Positions 18,932 through 29,256 of a stretch of DNA of 64,000 nucleotides are shown here, piece by piece. Every line of letters starts with the position of its first letter. Positions within the stretch are counted from its first letter, which is position 1. The stretch covers positions 1,618 through 65,617 of the forward strand of contig JBJENA010000078.1 of the NCBI GenBank assembly GCA_051879955.1. The letters are read 5' to 3'. Source of the DNA: Wujia sp. GTDB taxonomy: Bacteria; Bacillota; Clostridia; Lachnospirales; Lachnospiraceae. Both the position numbers and the translations under genes were made by a program. The notes beneath the pieces were generated by a model. It did not search any database and was not told the origin of the DNA. It saw only the letters and a program-made list of their open reading frames with translations.

Positions 18932-20542
18932 TCAATAACTTACAGGTTTTACAACACCATCTGTAATCTTGTACAAACTATGAGTTTCCTTATCCTTTAC
19001 TGCATAGGATTGACTGGAAATAAACATAATCACACCCCGATAGGCTGTTCCGAAAACCTTAACGCTTCCTTTTTTTCCTTCACTAAGAATCCTTCTTATT
19101 TCCATCAAACGCTCATTTTTACCACCAAACTCTTCAGATAATTCTTCCAATCGTTCCGTGTATATTTTGATTTGTTTGACATTCTCAGGTTTCAGTTTAT
19201 TTCCACGTTTTAATTTTTGTTTATATACATTCAGGTAAGAAGAATTCTCCTCAATCTGACTCTTAAGGTCCGAAACTTCTGTAACCAGATGTTTCATTTC
19301 TTCATACAACTCCGGTTTTACACCGACTTTGAGAATTGTCTGCGTTTCCATCTTATTTCCAATGCTGTTCGCCTCTACATAAGACTCGCACAAGATTTCT
19401 CCACCAACAATGAATCCCTTTTTACCACTGATAATAATTTTGCCACCGGATTTTACTTCACTGTGTAAAATCGAACCGGCATTAATATCTCCCTGCGCAC
19501 ACACATTGGCACTTTCAAAGAAATGCGCACAGATATCTCCACCTGCAACCAGCTTTCCTTTTCCCATACCTTGCACGCCACGTTTTATTACAATATTGCC
19601 ACCGGCAATCAAGGTTCCACCTTCTACGACACCACCGACTTCAATATCACCCTTGGCTTTCACACAAAAACCGGTTCTCACTGTTCCCGGTATCATGACA
19701 TTTCCCTCATATTCAATATCTCCCGTAGATGCGTCCACATCTGCAGCAACATTGTAGGTATCTGACACAAATACTGTTCCGTCTGCCAATGTAACATTTC
19801 CATCAATTTCACTCACCAATGTCAATCCATCCTCGGATACACTGATATTTCTTCCATGCTTTAAAACCTTTTTCTTAGGACGGTTTTGATTCATGGTATG
19901 ACCAAGCACATCCATCCCCGGACTTCCGTCCTCGTGCGGAATTAATCGTGCAAGAATATCACCCTTTTTACACGTTGAAAATAAATTCAAGGCATGAAAA
20001 TCAACACTACCATCCTCTAACACTTTCGGATTTGCCAATGGTTTTGTATCAAAACAATATTCAATTTTTGCATCCTTTGCACGAACCGGAGCGGTTCCCC
20101 GTGCTATCACAAAATTCACACAATACTGTCTGTTTTTCAAAAAAAGCTGTATCATGCGCTCATCAATACCATGTACAATTTTTTCTCTGGCAAGCTCTGC
20201 ACGAATCTCACGTTCGGACATGATATGTCCACCTGAAGATGGTGGATAAAACCGAATCGTTGCTTTCATACGATCCCGACTAACTGTAATCGTTGCACTT
20301 TCATTATAACTTGAAATCGGTACATCACTTACCTTGATCTGTAATGGTTTATCCTGCATCAAATCCAATGCTTTTTTTAATGCATCGACACGATAATCCG
20401 AACAACCTTTCTTGTCCATAAAATCCATGATTTCATTTATTTCCAGGCGTTTACCACCATCCATCGGCGGGAACACATTGAGATAAGTTCCATCTTCTCG
20501 TATTCTTAGCCGAAAAAATGAGTTTTTATATCTCATAGACAC
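18932..20542 (-). CDS. fapA: FapA/DUF342 flagellar assembly protein
   Basis: EDGSVDFHALN, DVDASTGDIEYEGNV, beta-helix-like Gly repeats; position after fliA. Confidence 0.85.
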   Translation of the reverse strand: MSMRYKNSFFRLRIREDGTYLNVFPPMDGGKRLEINEIMDFMDKKGCSDYRVDALKKALDLMQDKPLQIKVSDVPISSYNESATITVSRDRMKATIRFYPPSSGGHIMSEREIRAELAREKIVHGIDERMIQLFLKNRQYCVNFVIARGTAPVRAKDAKIEYCFDTKPLANPKVLEDGSVDFHALNLFSTCKKGDILARLIPHEDGSPGMDVLGHTMNQNRPKKKVLKHGRNISVSEDGLTLVSEIDGNVTLADGTVFVSDTYNVAADVDASTGDIEYEGNVMIPGTVRTGFCVKAKGDIEVGGVVEGGTLIAGGNIVIKRGVQGMGKGKLVAGGDICAHFFESANVCAQGDINAGSILHSEVKSGGKIIISGKKGFIVGGEILCESYVEANSIGNKMETQTILKVGVKPELYEEMKHLVTEVSDLKSQIEENSSYLNVYKQKLKRGNKLKPENVKQIKIYTERLEELSEEFGGKNERLMEIRRILSEGKKGSVKVFGTAYRGVIMFISSQSYAVKDKETHSLYKITDGVVKPVSY

Positions 20543-20549
20543 ACCTCTT

Positions 20550-21332
20550 CTAGCCCATCAGTAAAGCCATGTTGTCGCCTAAATATCCTCTCATCTTCAC
20601 AAGTGCTTTTGAATGAAGCTGAGATACTCTGGATTCCGATACCTCCATTACTTTACTAATTTCTTTTAGGGTCAAATCTTCATAATAATATAATAACACT
20701 ACTTTCTTTTCTTTTTCTGTAAGCGCAGATAATGCCAATGTCAATTGCTTTTTTAATTCCTCTTTCACGACCTGGCTTTCCGGATTAAATGAAGCCCCTC
20801 CATATCCTAATCCTGAACTACGTACATCATTGCCCTGCTCCATAAAATCATCCAAAGAAGAAATATTGGATACATTTGTCTGGGCAAGCCACACTGCATA
20901 TTCTTCTTCTGTAATTCCTAATTCCACAGACATCTGTGCATCCGTATAATGCGGACCCACCATCGCCTCAAGCTTCTTCGCTGCTTCTGTAATCGCCTTT
21001 TGTTTCTGACGTACCGATCTTGGTATCCAATCCATTTTGCGAATCTGATCTAATATGGCACCACGTATACGTAAGCTTGCATATGTTTCAAACTTTATAC
21101 CCTTACCATAATCAAACTTATCAATTGCATCTATCAATCCAAAGATTCCATAACTCACTAAGTCATCATACTCCACATTGGATCCCAAATATACTGCTAA
21201 TCTACCGGCAACTACTTTTACAAGCGGTACATATTCAATTATGAGCGACTCACGGACAGAACTCGATTTTGTGTTGTTATATTCTATCCATAAACGTTCC
21301 TTCTTATCAATAATTGCCATCGAGAGCAACAC
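20550..21332 (-). CDS. fliA: RNA polymerase sigma-28 (FliA/SigD/WhiG family)
   Basis: DDLVSYGIFGLIDAIDKFD, KFETYASLRIRGAILDQIRKMDWIPRS, ESRVSQLH; true start may be 21320. Confidence 0.96.
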   Translation of the reverse strand: MLLSMAIIDKKERLWIEYNNTKSSSVRESLIIEYVPLVKVVAGRLAVYLGSNVEYDDLVSYGIFGLIDAIDKFDYGKGIKFETYASLRIRGAILDQIRKMDWIPRSVRQKQKAITEAAKKLEAMVGPHYTDAQMSVELGITEEEYAVWLAQTNVSNISSLDDFMEQGNDVRSSGLGYGGASFNPESQVVKEELKKQLTLALSALTEKEKKVVLLYYYEDLTLKEISKVMEVSESRVSQLHSKALVKMRGYLGDNMALLMG

Positions 21333-21338
21333 CCCTTA

Positions 21339-21614
21339 TTATGTATTCTCCTCTGTATTTTCTGTCGTTTCCTGTTCCTCGCCTTCCTGCGACTTAGGCA
21401 AATCCAGTGTTGTAACGACCTCCATATTGCGAATTTTGTCGATAAAATACAATGCGATAGTCGATAAAACATAAAATACAATAATGACTATCAAAAGAAT
21501 AATCAGTGATTTTAGCATATCCCGTTTGTACTTCATATTTAACAACCACGTAATGAGTGCTGCCAAAAGAACAACAAACGCTCTTGCGTTTTTACATTTT
21601 TCTTTATAATCCAA
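21339..21614 (-). CDS. Small two-TM hypothetical protein
   Basis: TTG start with GGAG RBS, two hydrophobic helices, acidic tail; between cheD and fliA. Confidence 0.75.
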   Translation of the reverse strand: MDYKEKCKNARAFVVLLAALITWLLNMKYKRDMLKSLIILLIVIIVFYVLSTIALYFIDKIRNMEVVTTLDLPKSQEGEEQETTENTEENT

Positions 21615-21629
21615 TTCTTATGTCTCCAT

Positions 21630-22115
21630 TCATATCACACGAGAGATATTCCCCGCCATTGTGACAGTCAACTCCTGCGTCTGTGGGTCAAATAATATGG
21701 TACGACCATAGTTTTCTCCCACATCTTCAGCGATAATCGGAATTTGCAATTCGTCCAACTTCTGTCTTACCGCAATAATATTCTTTTCTCCGACGTTTCC
21801 TACCACAGAATCAGAAGAAAACTTGAACATTTTTGCACCACCGGCAATTTTTGCCTTTAGTTTTTTTCGTTGCAAACCTGCTTTTTCCAACGCTTCGACC
21901 AATACTTCAATACCGGTATCTGCAAATTTTAATAAGTTTTGATTCTGTCGGATTTTTGTACTGTCTGGCAGCATAATATGAACCATTCCTGCAACCGGTT
22001 TCGTCGGATCATATAACACAACCCCTACACAGGAACCGAGTCCAATCGTCGTAATCTTATCCGGGATTGAACACAGCTTCATATCTGCTATGCTTACACG
22101 GATAATCATACTCAC
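21630..22115 (-). CDS. cheD: Chemoreceptor glutamine deamidase CheD
   Basis: GLGSCVG, MVHIMLP, KFAD, AKIAGGAKMF motifs. Confidence 0.96.
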   Translation of the reverse strand: MSMIIRVSIADMKLCSIPDKITTIGLGSCVGVVLYDPTKPVAGMVHIMLPDSTKIRQNQNLLKFADTGIEVLVEALEKAGLQRKKLKAKIAGGAKMFKFSSDSVVGNVGEKNIIAVRQKLDELQIPIIAEDVGENYGRTILFDPQTQELTVTMAGNISRVI

Positions 22116-22720
22116 TCAGCACCTCCAATTCCCAGCTGTTGTAATAGCTGATCAAAGGAATGCATTTCCGCAACCAGCATGATAACCCCATGAATCTCTT
22201 TTCCATCAACCACAAAACCGGAATCAATATGTAAGGCTTTATCACTGACCGCACCAAATTTTATGCAAGGAATGCTCAAAATCGCTCCAGCCATATCAAC
22301 CACTGCCTGTGGTTGTGAATATCTTAATTCCATATTGCTGAGATTACCAAGAGATGCCACATAGGAACCTATCAAAATGTTCGCAACTTCACAAATTGCT
22401 GACATCCCCATTTCGTTTTTCCAATCAGTCGGCTGGTTCAATACTGCAGTAGCCAAATGCTGTGCCTCCTCAATTCCTATGACAAACAAAAGCATAGCAT
22501 CCAGGGAACCCTGCAGCTGTGTCATAACACCTAACACCGTAGACTCCGCTCCTCCAAGTGAATTCTCCAATTCGTCAAAGTCATGAAGAGAAACGGTTGG
22601 AGCTGTCATAGTCAGCTTAGAGGACAACATGACAGACAACGACGTTGCTGCATTGCCAGCACCAATATTTCCTAATTCTGTTAACGCATTCGCAACCTGT
22701 TCAGGTAATCTATCAGTCAT
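22112..22720 (-). CDS. cheC: CheY-P phosphatase CheC
   Basis: ELGNIGAGNAATSLS, EVANIL, VDMAGAIL motifs. Confidence 0.94.
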   Translation of the reverse strand: MTDRLPEQVANALTELGNIGAGNAATSLSVMLSSKLTMTAPTVSLHDFDELENSLGGAESTVLGVMTQLQGSLDAMLLFVIGIEEAQHLATAVLNQPTDWKNEMGMSAICEVANILIGSYVASLGNLSNMELRYSQPQAVVDMAGAILSIPCIKFGAVSDKALHIDSGFVVDGKEIHGVIMLVAEMHSFDQLLQQLGIGGAE

Positions 22721-22755
22721 AATGTTCTCCCCTTTCCATATCTGTTACGGTTTCA

Positions 22756-23211
22756 TTAAACCTCTGTATCGATATCACAAATCAATCCTGCAATATTTAA
22801 CAGGGAAATCAATGTATCATTGTATTTTCCAATACCAATTAAATAGGAACGAGCCTCCGATTCTGCAGCAACCTGCTCGATTTGTTCTTCCTCAAGTGTT
22901 ACAACCTCACGTACCTCGTCTACCAAAATACCAATCTTGGCATTTCCTTCCACTTTCAAAATCAAAATTCTGGAAGCATTTGTGTTCTCTTTATCCGGCA
23001 ATTCAAACTTGCGGCGCATGCTCATAACCGGAACTACCTCTCCACGCAGGTTAATAATCCCCAAAAAATATGGCTGTGCATGCGGAACACGTGTAATCGG
23101 CTGAACTCTTACAATATTGTCGATATAAGAAATATCAAGCCCATATTGCTCACTGTCAAATTTCAAAATGATATATTGTTTTGAATTGTTACTTGCTACA
23201 TTTGCATCCAT
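22756..23211 (-). CDS. cheW: Chemotaxis coupling protein CheW
   Basis: ITRVPHAQPYFLGIINLRGEVVPV, GILVDEV motifs. Confidence 0.97.
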   Translation of the reverse strand: MDANVASNNSKQYIILKFDSEQYGLDISYIDNIVRVQPITRVPHAQPYFLGIINLRGEVVPVMSMRRKFELPDKENTNASRILILKVEGNAKIGILVDEVREVVTLEEEQIEQVAAESEARSYLIGIGKYNDTLISLLNIAGLICDIDTEV

Positions 23212-23226
23212 ATATCTGCACCTCCA

Positions 23227-25320
23227 TTACACCAATGTATTCGAATCAATAATAAGCGCAACCTCACCATTACCCAAAATGGTCGCACCACTAATCAGCT
23301 TCGGCGCACGAATATATTTTCCAAGTGGCTTGATAACGATTTCCTGCTGTCCAAGAAGCTTATCAATCACAAGACCTGCCTGCTTATCACCCTTCTTGAC
23401 AATAACAGCAATCTCGCCCATATCATCCATATCTTCTTCGTCCTTTTCCAGCGGTTCGATATCAAGAACTTCATTCAAGCGAACCAGTGGAATTACGCTT
23501 CCACGTAAGTTAATTACTTCCTTAGTATGTACGTATTTAATGTCTTCCGGCATAATTTCTTCTACTGTCACAATAGAATTCAACGGAAGCGCATACTTCT
23601 CACCAGACACCTCTACCATCAATGCCTGGATAATTGCCAAGGTAAGTGGTAATCTGACAATAAAGGTTGTTCCCTCACCCAAACGGCTCACAACCTCTAC
23701 ATCTCCACCAAGACCTTCAATCTTGTTTTTAACAACGTCCAAGCCAACACCACGTCCGGATACATCTGAAATTTTTTCTGCTGTAGAAAATGCCGGTAAG
23801 AACAAAAGATCTACTGCCTCTTTGTCAGACATGTACTCAGCCTGTTCCTCTGTAATCTGACCTTTTTCCAATGCCTTACGCTTAATCTTCTCTACATCAA
23901 CACCCGCACCATCATCAGACACCTCGATGGTAACATTGTTACCATCCTGATATGCATCCAAGCGAATCGTACCAACCTTTGGCTTTCCGATTTTTAAACG
24001 ATCAATCGTTGACTCTAATCCATGATCTGCTGCATTTCGAAGCATATGCATAAGTGGATCACCGATTTCATCGATAACCGTACGGTCAAGTTCTGTATCC
24101 TCACCTGTCATAATCAGTTCCATCTCTTTGTTCAATTTCTTGGACAAGTCACGAATCATACGTGGGAATCTGTTTACAACGCTTTCAATTGGAACCATTC
24201 GAACCTTCATGACACTTTCATGTAAGTTCGTAGTAATCCGCTCCAAATATTCAATCTGCTCATGGAATGACTGATTCTGCGAAGGCAATGTTCCTGTCAC
24301 TGATGCAAGTCCATTCTTTGCAATAATCAACTCTGAAACCTGATTCATTAAGTCGTCGAGCTTTTCAATATCTACACGGACAGAACGATTGACAACCGGC
24401 TTATTGGTCTTTGCAGGAGCAGCTTTCTTTTCTTCCTTCTTTGCAGCTGTACTTGTTTTTTCTTCCTGCTTTGTTACTTCTTTCTTTTCTTCTTCATGTA
24501 CTTCTGTTGTCTCTACCTGCGTTGGTATCTCAAATTCCTCAATCACCGCTTCCTGAATTTCAGATACATTTTCAATCGCTTTCTTTATCTCCTCTAAAGA
24601 CTTATCTGAGATAATGAACATAGAGAAATCAAAATCAAACTTTTCGTCTTCAATATCCTGCACACTAGGAACCGACTTGATAATCTCTCCCTTACCTTCC
24701 AGTCCTTTGAAAACAAGGAATGCTCTGGCTGCTTTTAACAGACAGGTTTCCTGAACATATACAGTAGTCGCAAATACATGTTTTCCCTGCGCCTTTGCTT
24801 CTGCCATTGCATTCTTTTCAAAATCTGCAATCGGAATAGACAAATACTTTTTGCGGGCATCTCCTTCTTCCGTAGCTGCCACTTCACTCTTTACAGGTGC
24901 TTTTTCCTCTTCCTTAACCTCTCCTGTTGATGCCAATCCGTTCGTGAGAACCGCATTCAACTGTTCAATCAGCTCATCATTATCCTCAGTACCTTCATCC
25001 GAAGACTCAATAATACATGTCAAATATCCTTCAATCGCATCCAAACACTTAAATACGATATCAACCAAATCCGCATTGACATTCATCTTGCCATTTCGAA
25101 TTTCCGAGAATACATTCTCCATATCATGTGTCAAACGCTGCATACGCTTAAAGCCCATGGTACCTGCCATACCTTTCAACGAATGCGCTGCACGGAAAAT
25201 TTCATTCACTGTATCTACATTTTCCGGCTCAGACTCCATAATCAAAACCTGATCATTCAATGTCTGCAAGTGTTCCTTTGTTTCATCAATAAAAATCTCA
25301 AGATATTGACTTAAATCCAT
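23227..25320 (-). CDS. cheA: Chemotaxis histidine kinase CheA
   Basis: IFRAAHSLKGM (HPt), HMLRNAADHG, SGRGVGLDVV, C-terminal CheW-like domain. Confidence 0.99.
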   Translation of the reverse strand: MDLSQYLEIFIDETKEHLQTLNDQVLIMESEPENVDTVNEIFRAAHSLKGMAGTMGFKRMQRLTHDMENVFSEIRNGKMNVNADLVDIVFKCLDAIEGYLTCIIESSDEGTEDNDELIEQLNAVLTNGLASTGEVKEEEKAPVKSEVAATEEGDARKKYLSIPIADFEKNAMAEAKAQGKHVFATTVYVQETCLLKAARAFLVFKGLEGKGEIIKSVPSVQDIEDEKFDFDFSMFIISDKSLEEIKKAIENVSEIQEAVIEEFEIPTQVETTEVHEEEKKEVTKQEEKTSTAAKKEEKKAAPAKTNKPVVNRSVRVDIEKLDDLMNQVSELIIAKNGLASVTGTLPSQNQSFHEQIEYLERITTNLHESVMKVRMVPIESVVNRFPRMIRDLSKKLNKEMELIMTGEDTELDRTVIDEIGDPLMHMLRNAADHGLESTIDRLKIGKPKVGTIRLDAYQDGNNVTIEVSDDGAGVDVEKIKRKALEKGQITEEQAEYMSDKEAVDLLFLPAFSTAEKISDVSGRGVGLDVVKNKIEGLGGDVEVVSRLGEGTTFIVRLPLTLAIIQALMVEVSGEKYALPLNSIVTVEEIMPEDIKYVHTKEVINLRGSVIPLVRLNEVLDIEPLEKDEEDMDDMGEIAVIVKKGDKQAGLVIDKLLGQQEIVIKPLGKYIRAPKLISGATILGNGEVALIIDSNTLV

Positions 25321-26376
25321 CTATAACACCCCTACTTTCTTAATAATCTCGTTTGCAATATCATCCAAGTCACAAACCTTATCACATACACCTGCTTCGT
25401 ATACCGCACGCGGCATTCCATATACGGTACTGCTGTTCTCATCCTGTGCAACAACGTAAATCGGTTTGCTCTTTTCAAGTTCAAGAATTCCTTTTGTGCC
25501 GTCTGCACCCATGCCTGTTAAAACTACACATACAATTTCATCATACGGCAATCCGGACAAGCTCTTTAACATAATGTTTCCACAGGGTTTCAAGCCTCCA
25601 ATCGGTGGAGTATCCTGATACTTCAACACCACCTTGCTTTTCTCCTGATTCGCAATCAGATGCTTACCTCCCCTTGCGAGATATGCAACACCTGCTCTCA
25701 CTTTTTCGCCTTCCTCTGCCTCTTTCACAGTTAAAGCACACTGTTCATTCAGCCGCAATGCCAAAGAATTTGTAAAACCTTCCGGCATATGTTGGACAAT
25801 AAGAATCGGTGCAGCCAGCTGTTTCGGCAATTTTGGAAGAAGTGACTGCAACGCCCTGGGACCACCTGTAGAACATACAATTGCAACCAAACGGTGAACA
25901 CCAGTGCCATCCGGTAGCAATTTGTGCTTTTTAGCCAGCATCGATGTCTGAGCTTTCGATAATTTATGACTTTTCGATTTCTCTATGACATCGGAGGCCA
26001 TCTGCAGTGCTTTCTTTACTTTTCCGGCATAACTCTCTCTCTGCTTTGAAAGATATTGTGGTTTTTTGATGAATTCAATGGCGCCTAAATCAAGTGCATT
26101 TAAAACAGATTGCTCATCCTGTCTGGAACTAAATACAATGAACGCAGGATTCCAAGCTTCTTCCTTCGCCCTTTGCAACAATTCCAGTCCATTCATGTAT
26201 GGCATATCTATGTCTGTCATGACAATATCCACGTCATCATGTCTTTCCAGAATCTGGCATGCCTGCACACCGTTTGTCACGGTATATGCAACCATATATC
26301 CATCAATTTCTTTTATTATATCAGACATAACTCTTCTCATGAGTGCAGAGTCATCAACTAGTAATATTTTTTTCAT
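25321..26376 (-). CDS. cheB: Chemotaxis methylesterase CheB
   Basis: Receiver domain (VDDS, DIDMP) plus STGGP, VQHMP, LTGMGADG. Confidence 0.97.
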   Translation of the reverse strand: MKKILLVDDSALMRRVMSDIIKEIDGYMVAYTVTNGVQACQILERHDDVDIVMTDIDMPYMNGLELLQRAKEEAWNPAFIVFSSRQDEQSVLNALDLGAIEFIKKPQYLSKQRESYAGKVKKALQMASDVIEKSKSHKLSKAQTSMLAKKHKLLPDGTGVHRLVAIVCSTGGPRALQSLLPKLPKQLAAPILIVQHMPEGFTNSLALRLNEQCALTVKEAEEGEKVRAGVAYLARGGKHLIANQEKSKVVLKYQDTPPIGGLKPCGNIMLKSLSGLPYDEIVCVVLTGMGADGTKGILELEKSKPIYVVAQDENSSTVYGMPRAVYEAGVCDKVCDLDDIANEIIKKVGVL

Positions 26377-27090
26377 CTACAACCTTTTTTCCTTCGCTCT
26401 TGCCATTCTTTCGCTTTCAAAAATAAAACGAATAATCTTGTCTCGTTCTTCCTGTGTGATTTTTAAGAATTCCATACGTTGTTCATACATCGCACGTCCC
26501 TGAATACCAATACTTGATAAAATGCGCGCATATAATTGAAAACGAAGAACCTCGTCCAGAATCGAAACTGTAAATTTCAATTTCACAACTTCATTTCGTT
26601 CTAAATCCTGTTTTTCAACCAAACGGGCTCCACCACCACTGATATCTAAAATACGTCCCGGCTGCCAGGTTGGCAACTCATCCTCCGGAATCGAAAGATC
26701 CTCCGGAATCCCTGTTTCATATTCATAATCAGATACGACTCGAATTTTGCAGTCAATTCTGCAATCATATCGATAAAATTGTCTTCTTTGTACCTTTTGA
26801 AGCTCACCAAGCATCAAAACATCCAGGAAAAACAAATTTCCACTTTTGTAACGAGAGACAACCACAACATTACACTGCAAAAGTCCCCGTTCCGTGTAAA
26901 AGCATGCCGTATACTTATTATCTACTTCCAGCGGAACAATTCGACCTTCATAAATCGGCATAGCAATCTGCAACTTTCCGCCAGGCAAAATATCGAAGAT
27001 TTTGCTTACATAAACTCTCTTATTTTGGTCATTTCTAATTACTTGTTCCAAGCTAACTAATTCAATTTTATTTCCTATTGCTATTCCCAT
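26377..27090 (-). CDS. PilZ-domain flagellar brake/clutch protein (YcgR/MotI-like)
   Basis: QRRQFYR (RxxxR) and DISGGG (DxSxxG) c-di-GMP-binding motifs. Confidence 0.9.
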   Translation of the reverse strand: MGIAIGNKIELVSLEQVIRNDQNKRVYVSKIFDILPGGKLQIAMPIYEGRIVPLEVDNKYTACFYTERGLLQCNVVVVSRYKSGNLFFLDVLMLGELQKVQRRQFYRYDCRIDCKIRVVSDYEYETGIPEDLSIPEDELPTWQPGRILDISGGGARLVEKQDLERNEVVKLKFTVSILDEVLRFQLYARILSSIGIQGRAMYEQRMEFLKITQEERDKIIRFIFESERMARAKEKRL

Positions 27091-27103
27091 CGTACCATCC
27101 TCG

Positions 27104-27985
27104 TTATTTTATGCGTTTCTTTGAACGGAAAAAATCAATAAAAACACGGGCTATTCCATCTTTTTTCTTATATTCCTGTTCCGTTTCTTCCATCAAACTA
27201 CCTGCTAGCCGGAAAACTCCTTTCGCAGCAAGCGTATTGGGATATGCATGTATCAAAGGTTTTTGTTCAATTACCGCCATTGACACATTTTTATCTGCAT
27301 GGATAGCTCCCAAGAATTGTAACTTGGTATTCAAAAATTTTGAAGAAACGGTATTTATTTTGTGAAAGATTTCTTTTCCTTCTGTTTCGTTTTCTACTCG
27401 GTTTGCAACCACATGAATCGTTTTATAGAGTGGATTGAAATTTTCTTTTCTTCTTAATACTTTCAACAGGGAATATGAATCGGTAATAGAAGTCGGTTCC
27501 GGCGTTACAACCAAAATAACCTCCGGACTCATCATTACAAATTCCATAACTGAATCGGTTATTCCAGCCCCAGTATCAATGATAACAACGTCATACATCT
27601 GATCAAGCTTGACCAATTCTGATATCAAGCGCTTAATACTGACTGTGTCTAAAGTGGCAAGCTCCGACACACCGGACCCACCGGAAATAAAACCGATTCC
27701 CTCGGGTCCTTTTGTGATAATCTCTGCCATTGATTTTTGATTATGTATCAAATCCAACAAATTATATTGTGGTCGGATTCCCAACATAACCTCGACATTT
27801 GCCAATCCGAAATCAGCATCAAAAATCACTACTCTCTTTCCTTTTTTTGCCATCTCTAATGCAAGATTTACGGAAAGAGTTGTCTTTCCCACTCCCCCTT
27901 TACCACTTGTAACCGCAATCACTCGCGCATTGGTCTGTTCCTGGTTGGCCTGAACCATTTCGCGTAATTTTGACGCCTGATCCAT
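27104..27985 (-). CDS. flhG: MinD-like ATPase FlhG
   Basis: MDQASKLR, SGKGGVGKT, DADFGLAN, TPEPTSITDSY motifs. Confidence 0.94.
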   Translation of the reverse strand: MDQASKLREMVQANQEQTNARVIAVTSGKGGVGKTTLSVNLALEMAKKGKRVVIFDADFGLANVEVMLGIRPQYNLLDLIHNQKSMAEIITKGPEGIGFISGGSGVSELATLDTVSIKRLISELVKLDQMYDVVIIDTGAGITDSVMEFVMMSPEVILVVTPEPTSITDSYSLLKVLRRKENFNPLYKTIHVVANRVENETEGKEIFHKINTVSSKFLNTKLQFLGAIHADKNVSMAVIEQKPLIHAYPNTLAAKGVFRLAGSLMEETEQEYKKKDGIARVFIDFFRSKKRIK

Positions 27986-29256
27986 TATTTGCCACCTCCC
28001 AACAGCTTCTTCGCAATAATCTGTGGGTCCAATACGCCAATGTCATCCGGGACATTTTGTCCCCAGGTTACATATGACAAAGATTTTTGTGTATCCAGTT
28101 TCAAATTCAAGATACTACCCAATCCATTGGTTTCATCCAATTTTGTAAATATCAAACTGTAATCAAAAAGCTCTCCATATGTATTGGCAATCGACAACAA
28201 ATCCGTATACTTTACTGTCGCACTCATCACCAAAAATACTTCACGTTCATATTCTTTTACAGAATCAATAATCGCTTTTAAATCTTCTTTTTGTTCTGTA
28301 CTCTTATGACTTCTTCCTGCTGTATCAACAAGAATCAAATCATAATCCTTGAACTTTTCAACACTGTTTGCCATTTCCTGAGGCGTATACACAACCTCCA
28401 TCGGGCAAGACAAAATATTGGAATATGTCTTGAGCTGTTCTATTGCAGCAATACGATATGTATCCACTGAAAACATGGCACATTTTATTTTCTGATTCAA
28501 AATGCACATGGATGCAAGCTTTGCCATGGTTGTTGTCTTTCCGACACCTGTATTTCCAACAAAAAACACAATTTTAGGTTTCTTTTCTCCTGCCTTCAAA
28601 GTATGAATCTCGCCAAGTTTCAAAACTATTTTCTGATAAACGTTCGCCAATATATTATCAATCGGTTGCTTGTCATCCTTTAAAGTGAGTTCTTCAATAA
28701 TTTCTTTTGCATGTTCTTCACTTACTTCACTGTCCATCAATTGTTTAATAATTAAATCAACAACCTTACCGCCTGTTTTTTCCGGTTCTTTTTCAGTATC
28801 CTTGTTTGATACTTTCATTGCCTCTCCGCTTTGAATTGCCGAATCAGCCACCTCTTTTATCGAGTGTTCATTTTTGCCACTTGTCTGCATCTGCTGCTCC
28901 AATAATCTGGCGATGCTATTTATTTTCTCTTCTATCGCATTTTGCGCTTCTTCACTGTAGCTATCTTTGTTATCCCCAAATGCTTTTCCGAACAACACAT
29001 TCTCCGGTTCTTTTTCAGCAGCCACTTCTTCGTTCTTTGGATTTGAAGCTGTTTCTGATTTTGGTCGAACAAAAGTCTCATTTATATTATCGTCAATCGC
29101 TGCTGTCAACTCTACCTTTGATTTACGAAATAAACGCATAACTCCAGACGGTTTAATCGTTTTCACGTTCATAACGATTGCATCCGGACCCAAATCTTCC
29201 TTCGCCAACAAAATCGCTTCTTTTTCAGTTGATGCTTTGTACTTCTTAATTATCAT
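27985..29256 (-). CDS. flhF: SRP-family GTPase FlhF
   Basis: TGVGKTTT, DTYRIAA, DTAGRS, TKLDET, GQNVPDDI motifs. Confidence 0.96.
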   Translation of the reverse strand: MIIKKYKASTEKEAILLAKEDLGPDAIVMNVKTIKPSGVMRLFRKSKVELTAAIDDNINETFVRPKSETASNPKNEEVAAEKEPENVLFGKAFGDNKDSYSEEAQNAIEEKINSIARLLEQQMQTSGKNEHSIKEVADSAIQSGEAMKVSNKDTEKEPEKTGGKVVDLIIKQLMDSEVSEEHAKEIIEELTLKDDKQPIDNILANVYQKIVLKLGEIHTLKAGEKKPKIVFFVGNTGVGKTTTMAKLASMCILNQKIKCAMFSVDTYRIAAIEQLKTYSNILSCPMEVVYTPQEMANSVEKFKDYDLILVDTAGRSHKSTEQKEDLKAIIDSVKEYEREVFLVMSATVKYTDLLSIANTYGELFDYSLIFTKLDETNGLGSILNLKLDTQKSLSYVTWGQNVPDDIGVLDPQIIAKKLLGGGK

